A stretch of 64,000 bases of DNA from Tubiluchus corallicola (Eukaryota; Animalia; Priapulida): contig JAQGDQ010000252.1 of the NCBI GenBank assembly GCA_030141605.1, positions 261,482 to 325,481 of the forward strand, in the 5' to 3' direction. Every line of letters starts with the position of its first letter. The stretch's first letter is position 1. The notes below the pieces were generated by a model that was given only the letters and a program-made list of their open reading frames with translations, did not search any database and was not told the DNA's origin. Shown here piece by piece: positions 48,888 to 60,353 of the stretch. The translations under genes were made by a program, and so were the position numbers.

Positions 48888-51800
48888 TACGCAAAATCAC
48901 TTTATAGTCCTGGCTATTTCACGTGCCGATTTTTGAATGAAACAAAAAATTAGTGGCCAGTTGAAGATAGCAGTGTCCTGTCAAAGGTATGACGAGCTTC
49001 TACAAAAATTAGACAGCTACATTGACATTTCTCAGTGTACTGTAGTAAACGACTTTCACTTTTGCCAAAGACGAAAGTTGTATTACATATTTATTTAACC
49101 TGCAAATTAAGTTCAGATCAGCAACTGCAAATTGAAAAATGATTAAATCACTGTACTTCCCTAAACATGTGCTAAATAGATTTGCACACACTCCTAAAAT
49201 AGTTTATAAGGCATATATTACTAAAACGTGAAGCCTGACATTATTCTTCATAATCAAAATTACAATGTCTAACTTTTCTCAACTTTAATCTTTTTAATTT
49301 GGTCTATTCACAAAAAATTTAATGTTCGTATCAAAGTATTCTAGCAGCAATTAAAACGCAGACTCTAAATTCAGATGAGGTAATGAGAATACCACCCAGC
49401 ACTGAACTTTGCGTTTTAATCCAATAGGTCACAGTTACCGCAAAGAGTGGAAACTCAAAGCAATATAAAATAAGAAAAACTTTAACTACCTAATATTTTC
49501 AACTCCTTTTGCGAACTTCGCCCATCTTACGAGACGGAGATGCATCCCAATTAACTGTGAAAAAGTACTCGGTGTCGAGCGAAAGATGAATACGTTACAT
49601 AATTTAATTCATTTGCATTTTATTGTCCATGTTACGATATATAGTACAAGACGTAATGATCATGTGACTGTACTACAGCGGTTGGATTAAAATGATGACA
49701 CTGTTTTACTGTGTAAGCGTTCCTTTCGATTATGTTTGAGCACCATCCATAATCGCAACAGTCCACATACGCTTACACCTTCTAATAACAATGATGATAT
49801 GTTTTTTAAAATCACTGAAAAAGTGAGGAAACTTTTAAGTGGGTTCTTTCGAAAAGTAAAAATCATGAAAATGCTATGTCTAAGTTCAGAATCTGGCAAC
49901 ATTAAAACCAAGGCACTAAAATTAATACCCAGTATTAAACCTGCTGCTTCTTGCCTCTTGCTGGAGTGGGATTATAAAAACAATGAGTAATAGCACACAA
50001 AAATCTGTTACATTAAGGTATTGCTGAATTAATAGAGAATATCAATCATGCTCTTAAGATGTTCATGAAAACCTCGCAGTGTGCGACAGCATGCAATCTT
50101 GAAAGGTATGTGATTCAAGCTGATCAAAGTAGGAGAATAGCCAGAAAATTCGCCAGACTCAACTTCGCTGTAGCATATTGGAGAGTAGGTGCTATGACGA
50201 TCGAAGATGACATCACAAAATTTTCTTCAAAACACAAGTTTGTGAGACATCTGCAAAACATGTTGGAGACTCTGGAGTTTGGCCCTGATTGTTTCGATTC
50301 TCTGGTATGCACTTTTATCAAAATTCCAAGCTGCAAAGACACAGAGTGACTGTCATCCTAAATATTAAGATAATGGCAGATTCAAGCAATATTCTGATGT
50401 ATCCTAGCAAAGAACCACTAAACCAGCCCATTCAGGCTTATATGTGTCATTTGGTACATTTGGTTGCAATTGTGGTGTATTCTAGCATTCTGGGAATTGT
50501 AATGAGAAGCTATATCTTGTCCCCAAGACGCTTAAAATGTTATTATAAAAAATGGAATAATAAAAATTGTTTGTTATGTAGTCAGAGATTTTTGTATTTG
50601 CAGTAACTCTTAATGGAAAGGCCAGATCTTCTGGGAGGTACTAGCTTATTTTGAATGCTTTTGAAAAGTGTCAGAACAGTTTTGTAATAAAAGTCTGATG
50701 AGGGTCTCCTATGTTCGCTTACTAAAAAAGCAGTAAGTTTTAAATAAAAAAATGCTAGTTAATTTTGTGATATTTTTGCATGAGCATTAGGTAAGTAATT
50801 TTCAATTAGTTTAATTAAGCAGTGCACGCTTACGGAAAGCTACCAGTGACACCACTTTAAAATATCTAGCCAGCTGTAGAGTGAATTAACTTAAATTTTA
50901 TAGACAGTTTTTGTAACTTTCTTGTTAACTTTTTAAAATTAAAATAATGATGCCAGTAAAATAAACCCGGCATGCTAAATGAATCGCTTTCTTGTTTGTT
51001 AGTTTTTGTTGCTTATACATCCCCTAGCGTAGACCGTTGGGGGCTTGTGATTGTTTTTCATAACGTGGGTGTCCTGACTGCTAGGTGCGTAAATTATGAA
51101 GGAGTTGCAGAACCTCTGAGACGACCAATATGGGTTCACTCTGTGGGGAGCAGAGTAGCACACTAGCCGAAGTAGGACAATTGGTGTACATGGGCTAGCC
51201 GAAGTATGACACTAGATAGAGGTCACGAATTTAGTCGTTAACTGTACTGGCAGCGTCCTTTGTCCCTGTTTATTTAATAATAATAATTAAAAGCGTCAAC
51301 ACACTCTTTTTTGAAGTGAAGTAAGCCCACTTTTTAGGCGTTTGCTTAAGGTATCATTATCATTTTTTATTTTGTCTAGCTTCACAGATCGGTGATCCAT
51401 TTCACTACCTCTTGGACAAATAATTGTTTTCTTGTAAGTAAATGGGCTAGCGAACTATGTGCCTTACATAATTTCTCTCTTTAAAGGATTAGATACTTAG
51501 TTTAGTGTTATGATGATATTAATGGAGTTAATAAATTAAATAATGATGGTATTATTGTAAAAAATATATTTGTAAGTTGTCAAGGACTATTCATCTTTAT
51601 TATGAAGTTACTTTTTTCTAAAACATTTATATTATGTCATAATTCTCGATTGTCGACAGAAATCGCCAGTGCCCTTGTGCTGTGCCCTTGTGGCGTCACT
51701 TGGGCTGCCCATGTACGGCACTGCTTGTCCGCAAATTTAGCACACAAAACATGCGTTATAGCGGAGGTGTCCTACTTCGGCTAGTGGCGTACTCCGCGTT

Positions 51801-51926
51801 CTACAGACTCAAGTTATCAGAGTAGACACCATAGAATTAGACTGTGATTAGGCAGTTCTTGCAGAAATTGAGAAACTTGTCGTTAAATTTCTTGTAATTT
51901 TACTTTTTTCAACGTTACTAAAGGTT

Positions 51927-54900
51927 ATGGCTTTGTTTGCTGTTAACAGGTAAAACAATAAAAATAATTCTGCTGTATGTTTCACGGTTTAGCGGTTCAC
52001 TGGCTCCACTTCACCCTTTCTAAGGTGGAAACAACCTATTGAGTGTGTAAGCGCAGATTATTTTCTTCTGACGTCGTTATTATGGTCATTCCTGGTTCTG
52101 CATGCGAGTATCAGCCATCCGCTTCATTACATTTCGTTACAGCTCTATGTTTTCTCTTGATTCCATATTCTGTTGTTTTACAGTCTCTATCCTTACATTA
52201 TACTTATTTATTATTATTTCCGACTTCTCACTACTTAATGCATGTTCTATTGTATCTTGCTGAATCCTGCACTTAGGGCATAGTAAATCTTCCCATTTGT
52301 TTCCTGTGTAACTGCATTTCAATTCTTTCATATTCTTACTATATCTGCCAGACCTCACATTTACGGTTTTATTACTAGTAGTAAATAATTGATTTATCAA
52401 TTTAAATCTCAATTAGATCGCCTCTGGGCTAATCACCCGGTGAAATACATTGTTCGTAGACTTCCGCAATGGCAACGAGACGCACGAGACTTAGACAACC
52501 ACACTGATACTAAGACCTCAGTTAATGCATCGTTAAAGTAAAGTAATGTAAGTGAAGTTTAGATTAAGTTGGCAGTAATGCCTAATGGTGACCTGTTGGG
52601 TGATCCACTTCTCACTCTTAAAAGTGATCAAATAACCACCTGACAAGTGGAGTTCAAAAGACCACCCATAACCATTCTGTTCAGTGTTCACAGTGCTCTG
52701 CTTGCTGGGGCCACTGGCTGGCTACTGTACTGCGGCTGTAAATTGCCGCTTCCTGACGTGACGCCACGGCACTGAGTGTCATGGCGGGCGATAATATTTG
52801 TGGCGTACCAATGGCGCTTAATTTAAGTTACCATATCACATAAATGCATGCTTTAAAACTGTTTTAAAAATTAGGAAATATGAAATTCCGCCTGTGCTAT
52901 AAAAGAAAGTAACATGAAAAAATAGTGTCATAGGACCTTTAAGGTATTGCATTAAGGTACTGACAGAGTGAACAATGTAGAACTTTAGTGTAATCTCTTT
53001 GAATAATATTATATTATATTGAGAGCAAAAAATGTCTCAAATAAATTTTTTTTCAGTTGATCTTTAGCATGATTTTTATTTGATGGTACTTTTAGACGAA
53101 TCTTTAATCGGAGGTCCTTCGTTCAGGGAAATTAATCTTAATGTCACATATCAATAGTTATCGTGTTGCTAATACTAATAATCGATCATCCAGTCGATAC
53201 AAAAAATTTGTTTTTATTGTTATCAGTAGTACTCTAGGAATATTGTTATTGTATTGAATTTATTTGGTATCATTTCTCATTACTCACTTTTACAAAATCG
53301 CTCCACTTTACTTTTCCACTTACGTGCAAAATAGTTGTTAAGTTGTTTGAATAATTTTCTTCTTCTTTCTTCCTTCCTAGGGACTGTCTTCAGTCAATAC
53401 AGTGACATGCGGATGCCACTAAAGTGAAATTTTTAGGCAATATACATAAATATGTTATGTAGTAATAAACCAATGAGTAATATATTTATCTGTCGCAGCT
53501 AATTTATTAGTATTGTTTTATGACTAAATAAAGAAGAAAACTGTTACAAATTAAAATGTACCTAACATATCTAATAATTAGTCAGGTAATAGCTTTCAAA
53601 AATATGGTGTTGCATTACACTGAGACACCCTGCATAAAAAACTAACCAGATTTTCACTATTGTTTAAAATAATTTATTGTATTGTATCATACTGTCTAAA
53701 AACACATTGCTTACTCAGTGTAATACAAAGCTTCCCTGTAATACAAGCATTCGAGGCTACGAAGTATTTGTGTAATGCATTCCTGTAATATTTTGCAGGT
53801 TCGTGAGTGACGATGGACATGTTGACAATGGCAATAAAGATAATCTAAGTTTGTTAGAAAAAGCATTCAAGCAGGCACAAAAACTGAGCAAAGACAAAGA
53901 AGCTTGCCAGCAGCATAGGCATCTTGAAGGAAATTATGATGACTTTGAGGGACAAGTTGAGCAGGTCAGAACTGGAAAAAAACGTAAGAAGCAGCACAGT
54001 AGTAGCATTTCAGAGCAACAAAAGAAAATGGCTAGTAAGCCCAATTCACCAGTACTTTCCAGTTCTAAAGAATGGTCTGTTAGCGATCGAAATGCATGCA
54101 CACCTACAAATGGTACTTTATTAAAAAACAAACACGATAAAAGAAAACTAAAACAAAAGGGCAATGGTGTTAATTGGAAACCAAACGAGGAATTGGATAC
54201 ATCAAATTCCACCCTGTCTAATTCTGTTTTGTCGGTAGACCAATCTTTGAATGTGTCTGGTACTGCAGATGCAGACACCATGGAAATGGAAGTGGAAAGT
54301 GAATTTGGCAAGTCAAAACGAAGACAGAAGCATACAGCAGTTAAGTTAAAAGGTAGCTCTTTCGGTGAGTCCAGTGCTAACAGCATTCGTTCAGAGCAGT
54401 TAAAACTTGGCAAAGCAAAACAAAATGAGAAGCAAAAAACAGTTGAATCGAAGTCATGTGAAGGCGTGATTAACCTGTCAAAGTCCCACGTTTCCATTGC
54501 TTCAGAAGTTCACCCTACTTCAGAATGTATGCCAGGAAAGTGGGAAAAAGCAAATAATACAGGTTCTGCTGATATCTTGAATGAACATGCTGCTGAAGAT
54601 ATGGGACCAGAAGAAAGAGGTTTTACGATAATAAGACATGGCAAAAACCGACCAGCAAGTGAGGCAAAACGTGTTTTACCAAATTGGCTGTCAAACCCAA
54701 CTGTTATACCTGTTGAGCTAAAAGATGTGGACAGTTTAGAAAAACTGAAATTATTAGATGAAAATTTAATAAAAAAATTACAGGCAAATGGTATTAGACA
54801 TCTATTTCCCGTTCAACAGCATGTAATTCCGGAAATCCTGGACTGTACACGGCGCGGATTTTTGTTTGGACCAGGTGGTTACAGACCCCGAGATCTCTGC

Positions 54901-56109
54901 ATTTCAGCCCCTACCGGGAGTGGAAAAACCTTGTCATATGTTCTACCGATTGTAGAGTCTTTACAAAACCGAATTGTGTGCCAAATTAGGGCATTGGTGG
55001 TGCTGCCAGTAAAAGACCTCGCAAAACAGGTGCATGATGTCTTCAAGATGTACTGCGATGGAACCAAGTTGAAAGTAGCTCTTTGTGTGTCTGGTCAATT
55101 GCCATTTATAAGAGAACAAGATATTTTGGTAAGGTACACTGCAGCTGGATATCAAAGTTTAGCCGATATAGTTGTAGCTACTCCTGGACGACTTGTTGAT
55201 CATGTTCAGAAAACACCGGGATTTGCTTTAAATTATTTACGTTTTCTGATTCTCGATGAAGCTGATAGGCTAATGGATGACATAAAGCACGACTGGCTGG
55301 ATCAAGTGAATAAAGCTGTAGGAGGAAGCATAGAAAACAAGGATTATCTTATACCGGCAAATATGTTAGTACCTAAGCAGTATATGCAGAAGCTGTTATT
55401 TTCAGCGACTTTATCGCAAAATCCAGAAAAACTGCAACAGTTGGGGCTTTTTCAGCCAAAACTATTTACATCTGTTATCACTCAGTCATCTATTGAACTG
55501 CCATTGAAAGAACCCAGTGAGATCTTACACAACTCAGAGTTACTCAGTAAATATGTGACTCCCAAAGAACTCAATGAGCAATTTATTGAGTGTCAAGCGT
55601 CAGTCAAGCCTTTATTACTTCTCCATCTCCTTCATAACAGAGGAATGCGGCAAGTGCTGTGTTTCGTGAACACACAGAAAGCAGCGCACAGACTTTTCTT
55701 GTTAATACAGCAGTTTGGTGGAATCAAGGCTCACGAAGCTTTCTCTAGTGTGCATGTAAAAAAACGTAACAGAATTTTAAAATACCTGTCTTCAGGGAAA
55801 ACAGATATCATTATTTGCTCAGATGTATTTACTCGTGGTATGGACATTGGTGATGTAAAGTATGTTATCTCGTATGATGCGCCTCCTTACATAAAGACAT
55901 ACATCCACAGGATTGGGCGAACAGCAAGAGCAGGAAAAGAGGGTACTGCCATAACTTTTCTCCTCAAAAAGGAGATTCACCACTTCAAGCAAATGATGAA
56001 AGGGGAGAGAAAGTGCATTGTAAAGGAGATAAAAGTAAAGTCAGCGGACATGAAGAATTTAGAAGTGGCTTATAAAAATGTTTTATCTAAACTTCCAGCA
56101 CTTTTGTAG
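51927..56109 (+). CDS. DDX51: ATP-dependent DEAD-box RNA helicase DDX51/Dbp6 (60S biogenesis), 777 aa; exons 51927-51949 and 53799-56109
   Basis: Q motif LFPVQ, APTGSGKT, LPVKDLA, TPGRL, DEAD, SAT, RGMD and HRIGRTAR motifs. The DDX51-typical KRVLPNWL and YRPRDLCISAPTGSGKTL are present. A 23-nt first exon MALFAVN(R) with AG|GTAAAA donor splices in phase 2 to the TTTTGCAG acceptor at 53798 and matches the recalled DDX51 start MALF.V.R. Confidence 0.94.
52137..52350 (-). mobile_element. LINE ORF2 C-terminal Cys/His-knuckle fragment in DDX51 intron
   Basis: MKELKCSYTGNKWEDLLCPKCRIQQDTIEH resembles the CxxC..D/E T.EH zinc-binding tail of non-LTR retrotransposon ORF2. Confidence 0.5.
52410..52558 (+). 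mobile_element. Short 3' end of a CR1-like LINE
   Basis: Reads LDRLWANHPVKY, a CR1-type ORF2 ending (recalled), followed by a short UTR and an (AAGTA)n-like tail. Confidence 0.45.
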
Positions 56110-58367
56110 TACAACAAGAAAATACCAGAATGTTATATCGATAAAATGAAACTACTAGATGCTCTCACACAGTCTGTGTACTTGTAGTTTACGGAATTGT
56201 TTTTGTATATATGTTAGATACCAAGCTACAGTGAGTAAAAAATCTCAAAAAAACAAGAAAAAGAAAGAAAGGGCACAACCTTTCAAACTACCAACGTAGT
56301 TTTTCTTCTGTAGAATACAAGACAAAAAAGAGAAAATGCTTAACAAATTACCAGAAGTACTGAACTATTTTTTTGGAAGCTACTATTTCACACTGAGAAG
56401 GATCAAGCACATAGAACAAACATAGAAGCACAACAGGTAAAACCACTAAGGAGAAACACAAAAGTATAAAATCACTACTCACAGATGCAGAACAGACAAC
56501 AGAAATTTATACTTCTGTAACTGTAGCTAGTGATTTTATGCTTCCGTGTTCTATCTGCTGTGCTTCTCTGTTTTTTCTAAGTGCTTGTATCTTTTTGATG
56601 TGGCATATAAACCTTAAAAAATGAGTTTAGTAATTTTCCTAATTCCTTATGATTTTTATCTTCTTTGTCTTTTTCTCGTTTTTTAATTTATTGTCACTAT
56701 TATTCAGCGTTGTTACCAAGTTGACATAATTGTGAATGCAAAGCATGCATTGTGGGCATTTTGCATTGCATCAAATCCAGATCACTGTCTGACACAATTA
56801 AGCTTACAGACACATTACAGTTGCCATAAATTTCATTATATCAGGCAATTCCTTGAAATCATTCTAAATTTCATAATTTTCGGCTAATGATTGTGCAAGC
56901 AGTAGTTCTTCAAATTCCTATTTATTGAACTACGTGAAGTTCATCATTAGATAAGATTTTCTGATAAAACACGATTGGTGCTATGATGAAGAAATGAGTT
57001 ATTAAATTTTTGTCAGATAGAGATGGTATTAGTCTGCTTCTACAGGCCTCCTTTTCTTTTTTCCCAAATGCAATTGTGATTATTCATGCAAAGGCTACAG
57101 CTTAAAGAAGCATTAGTTTTACCCGTATTAAGGGTTTATAATTACACATATAAACACATAAATGTATTATGTATTTAAACATATACTATCACATTTGAAC
57201 TTAAAGAAAATGTGCATATTCATTGTTTCCACATTTGCAGTTACCAGCATCTACATTTGACCAGAAAAACACATAGTTCCAGCAAGTTTTGAAACTCCTC
57301 CTTTTGAATTTTTGCAGCTGTGGGTCTCAGTCAGTAGAAAATAAACCTAACAAGCAAAGTGATGTGTAAAAAATTCATTTAAGCCACGTGCAGTGTATAT
57401 GTAAATCTGTCAGCAGGATATGCATTGTTAAGAATTTAAATTGAAACATAAAACTTTGTGTGGCACACTTGTACAGTACTTAGGTACTTAATAGCAGACA
57501 TTTAACTGCTGCGTTGGAACATTGTCAACCTGTACTCAACACATTCGACTTGGTAATTAGTAAATCATTAGTCATTATCATTTGACCTACTGCATAATAG
57601 TGTGTATCAGCATTAGGGAACCAGCAGCGGCTATTAGCATGTCAAACTGTTTTTGCTGAACGGATAACCTAGGAAGCCTTACCAAAAATAACATTTCTTT
57701 ACCAAGAGGTTAATTATACAAAAATTTGTTTATTAGCATGTAAAAGACTTTCAAGCCACTTACAACAATACGAATACGATGTTACAGAATGGTACGGTTT
57801 AACAACACAAAAAAGGATAATACAGATTACTGTATTCCCATTATCCCTAGGCTGTATTCATAGTGCTCCATGTGGTACCCAGGCTGGCATAGCTGACTCA
57901 ATGATAAAGCGTGCAATATAATAAAGTCTGGCAGATATAGGAAAACTCAGTCAAATGCATGGCGAAACACAAGCTTGCGCAACCGTAGTGTTCAAGCCCT
58001 GGCCCCTGAACGTCTAACATTGTAACTGAACGTATGTGAATAAGATAACACTGCGGTTAGTTAAAATGCACCCGTTGTTGTTTTAGTACGTGAATAAAAA
58101 TGATTTCAATTTCGTCACTGAATCTTAATAGTTAGGTATCCGAGTTCCTAACGGATATGAGGAAAAGAGTACGCAAGTCTGATTTTTATACTACCCACTT
58201 CTGTAAACATTGGCACATCAGCTAACAGGCATAACTGGCATATGTAGTATAGTTTTCTTGGTCTCCTCGCATTGGTTTTTTGGCAGACGGACAAGATACC
58301 CATAGCTGCTCATTACAGAAAATTTTACTGTTGCTATTTTAACTACATAAACTTGAAAATCATCACA

Positions 58368-59578
58368 TCAAGAATCTTTCCGTGAATTATCTTGAATGAT
58401 CGTTTCCGTCTCTTCCTCAAAACTTTCTCCTTTTGAAGTATGATAAAGCCTAAGCAATTGTTCAGCCTGTTCTTCATTACACTTATCAAGCTCATCTGAT
58501 TTGAGCGGTCGTCCATACGCATCTGTAGACGCTTCTGCCAGTTGCTTAGAAAGTGTTTTTGCATAAGTCTGAAATACAAAATGCTTGGTTTATGAAACAC
58601 TAGGAGTATAATTATTTGTGAGCTATGCAGCAAAACACAAGTTTATTAAGTACCACCTAGCAGTTTCTCAGCTTCAATTTTCATATTGCTTCTCAATGCA
58701 AAATAATGCTCACACCACTCTGCATTAAGCAATCTAATAAGGTGTATTGTCATTTTTGCCTGACAATTTCCAAGGTAAATTATTATTTCTTTCAGACCAC
58801 TATTAAAGTTAATGTGAATATTTTCATTCTGAAAAACGCAAGAGCACTACAATGACTTGCCGGCGCTATTACACTTTCGCACCGCCTAGGTTTTTCTAGG
58901 TTATTACTCGTTTCTAGGCTCGTATGTCATCATTCTATTATTCTCACGTCATCAGTGAATGTTTCCGCTAATCTAATTGTAATTTGATCATATATTTAGG
59001 TATAATTACGCTGTATTCACAGTTCTACACTATACAGTTCGTCTCGCCATCTTGTTTGTGTGTGTAGTCACGTGACGAATTTCGTACTAGTTTATGCATT
59101 GTCAGGGCCTAGCTTAAAAGCACGTGACACACTTTCATCTTGACCACATTTACGAAAAAAAGAAGAAACTTTTACTTTTTTTATAATCTAATAGTAATAA
59201 TACTCCAGTAATAAATAAAATTAATGATAAATAACTGCAGTGGTCTCAAATAATTTCCCGCGATACGATACAAACTCCCGTGGCCTGCAGGCGTGAAAAC
59301 AACCAATAGGCCAGAAAAACCAAGGCGGTGCGAAAGTGTAATAGCGCCTGACTTGCCTATAAGCTGTGAGGTTGCATTATATTTAAGATACATACGCTCC
59401 ACTCTGTTAAGAAATTCACAGTTTGATTTGGAGTTACACGCTTGTGGCGTTTAAACTCCTCTTTGACATATTCGTCACCCAAGTATCGTAGTTCTTGTGG
59501 CATATGGCGGTGCAACTGCAAGATGCGTTTGTAGAGTGCTCTGACTAGTCGAATGTGCTGTTTAGGAATTCCAGACAT
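58368..59578 (-). CDS. SDHAF3: Succinate dehydrogenase assembly factor 3 (ACN9/Sdh7, LYR-motif protein), 127 aa; exons 59578-59396 and 58568-58368
   Basis: HIRLVRALYKRILQLHRHMPQELRYLGDEYVKEEFKRHK...FLTEWS|TYAKTL...YGRPLKSDELDKCNEEQAEQLLRL matches recalled SDHAF3 (VRALYKRVLQLHR..LGDQYVKDEFRRHK; DEQIGQL). Phase-0 GT-AG intron. Confidence 0.93.
58862..59348. mobile_element. Second, internally deleted copy of the same MULE-like MITE, 487 bp, inverted relative to copy 1, in the SDHAF3 intron
   Basis: Same TIR (GGCGCTATTACACTTTCGCACC). 9-bp TSD TGACTTGCC at 58853-58861 and 59349-59357. The interior is the reverse complement of most of 17269-18101. Confidence 0.9.
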
Positions 59579-60353
59579 TGTCAAGGTAATTCCAACTGTT
59601 CTTGTACTCAATTTAATTTGAATTTTTCATTCTATGTACACCGAACACATCGAAGAAAATATGGTTCTTCAATGAGACAAATGTCTTCACTGATTTTACA
59701 CATTTACCAAATTCTTAAAGTTAAAATCACTGACAATAAACAGCAAAGAGCACTACAAGGAGGTAGACATATTTTTGACTCACGTGCTGCCATCTGTAAT
59801 TCAGGTCGTTAAGTAAAATATCAACTCTTTACTGACTGTTTCCTTAAACCACTTAGTTAAGTCAGTTCAAAACACAGAAAATCATTTAATTCTTATAGTT
59901 TTCTATGATGTTATTAGTGTATAGCTTTTATGAAGTTATTGGCATGTTGATACTGTGCTAAAACAATTACAACAACAGTATTGTGGCTGAAAATAAAAAT
60001 GCAGCATTGAAATAAAATGCAACTGTTTAAATAGCATAACCAAACTTAAATAAGCTGATAAATTCTTACACCATAATTACATTTCCATATTTATACTACA
60101 TAATTAAAAAATGTAATAAAATAAGAATAATAAGCAAACTATTCATCAGTATCACTAAATGCAAGCAACTTGCGTAAATAGATGTATACAAGAATAAATA
60201 AGCTATTAATATTCAATGGACTGCACCACACAATCCTGTAATTCAAATGTAGGGCTGCTACACTTTACATAACAAAGCCATTATGTTAAATACTAACAAT
60301 AGAATTCTTACTAATTTAAGAAATAAATTAGTATCACTACACACAAGTATGTG

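Noticed and set aside
49687-50640. Cluster of 70-105 aa ORFs between Abi and DDX51
   Set aside because: No recognisable domain, and I could not build a consistent splice model. It may be a decayed TE or pseudogene; a TBLASTX search is needed.
53934-54497. 187-aa antisense ORF and other short ORFs overlapping DDX51, ZNF and dynein exons
   Set aside because: Shadow frames of real coding exons with no recognisable motifs.
56095-56145. Premature stop or frameshift at the DDX51 C-terminus
   Set aside because: All helicase motifs are complete and only a few non-conserved terminal residues could be missing. There is no evidence of pseudogenisation.
59579-59611. Longer SDHAF3 N-terminus as given in the ORF track
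   Set aside because: The track starts at a TTG. The first ATG is 59578 and fits the homologue's N-terminus.
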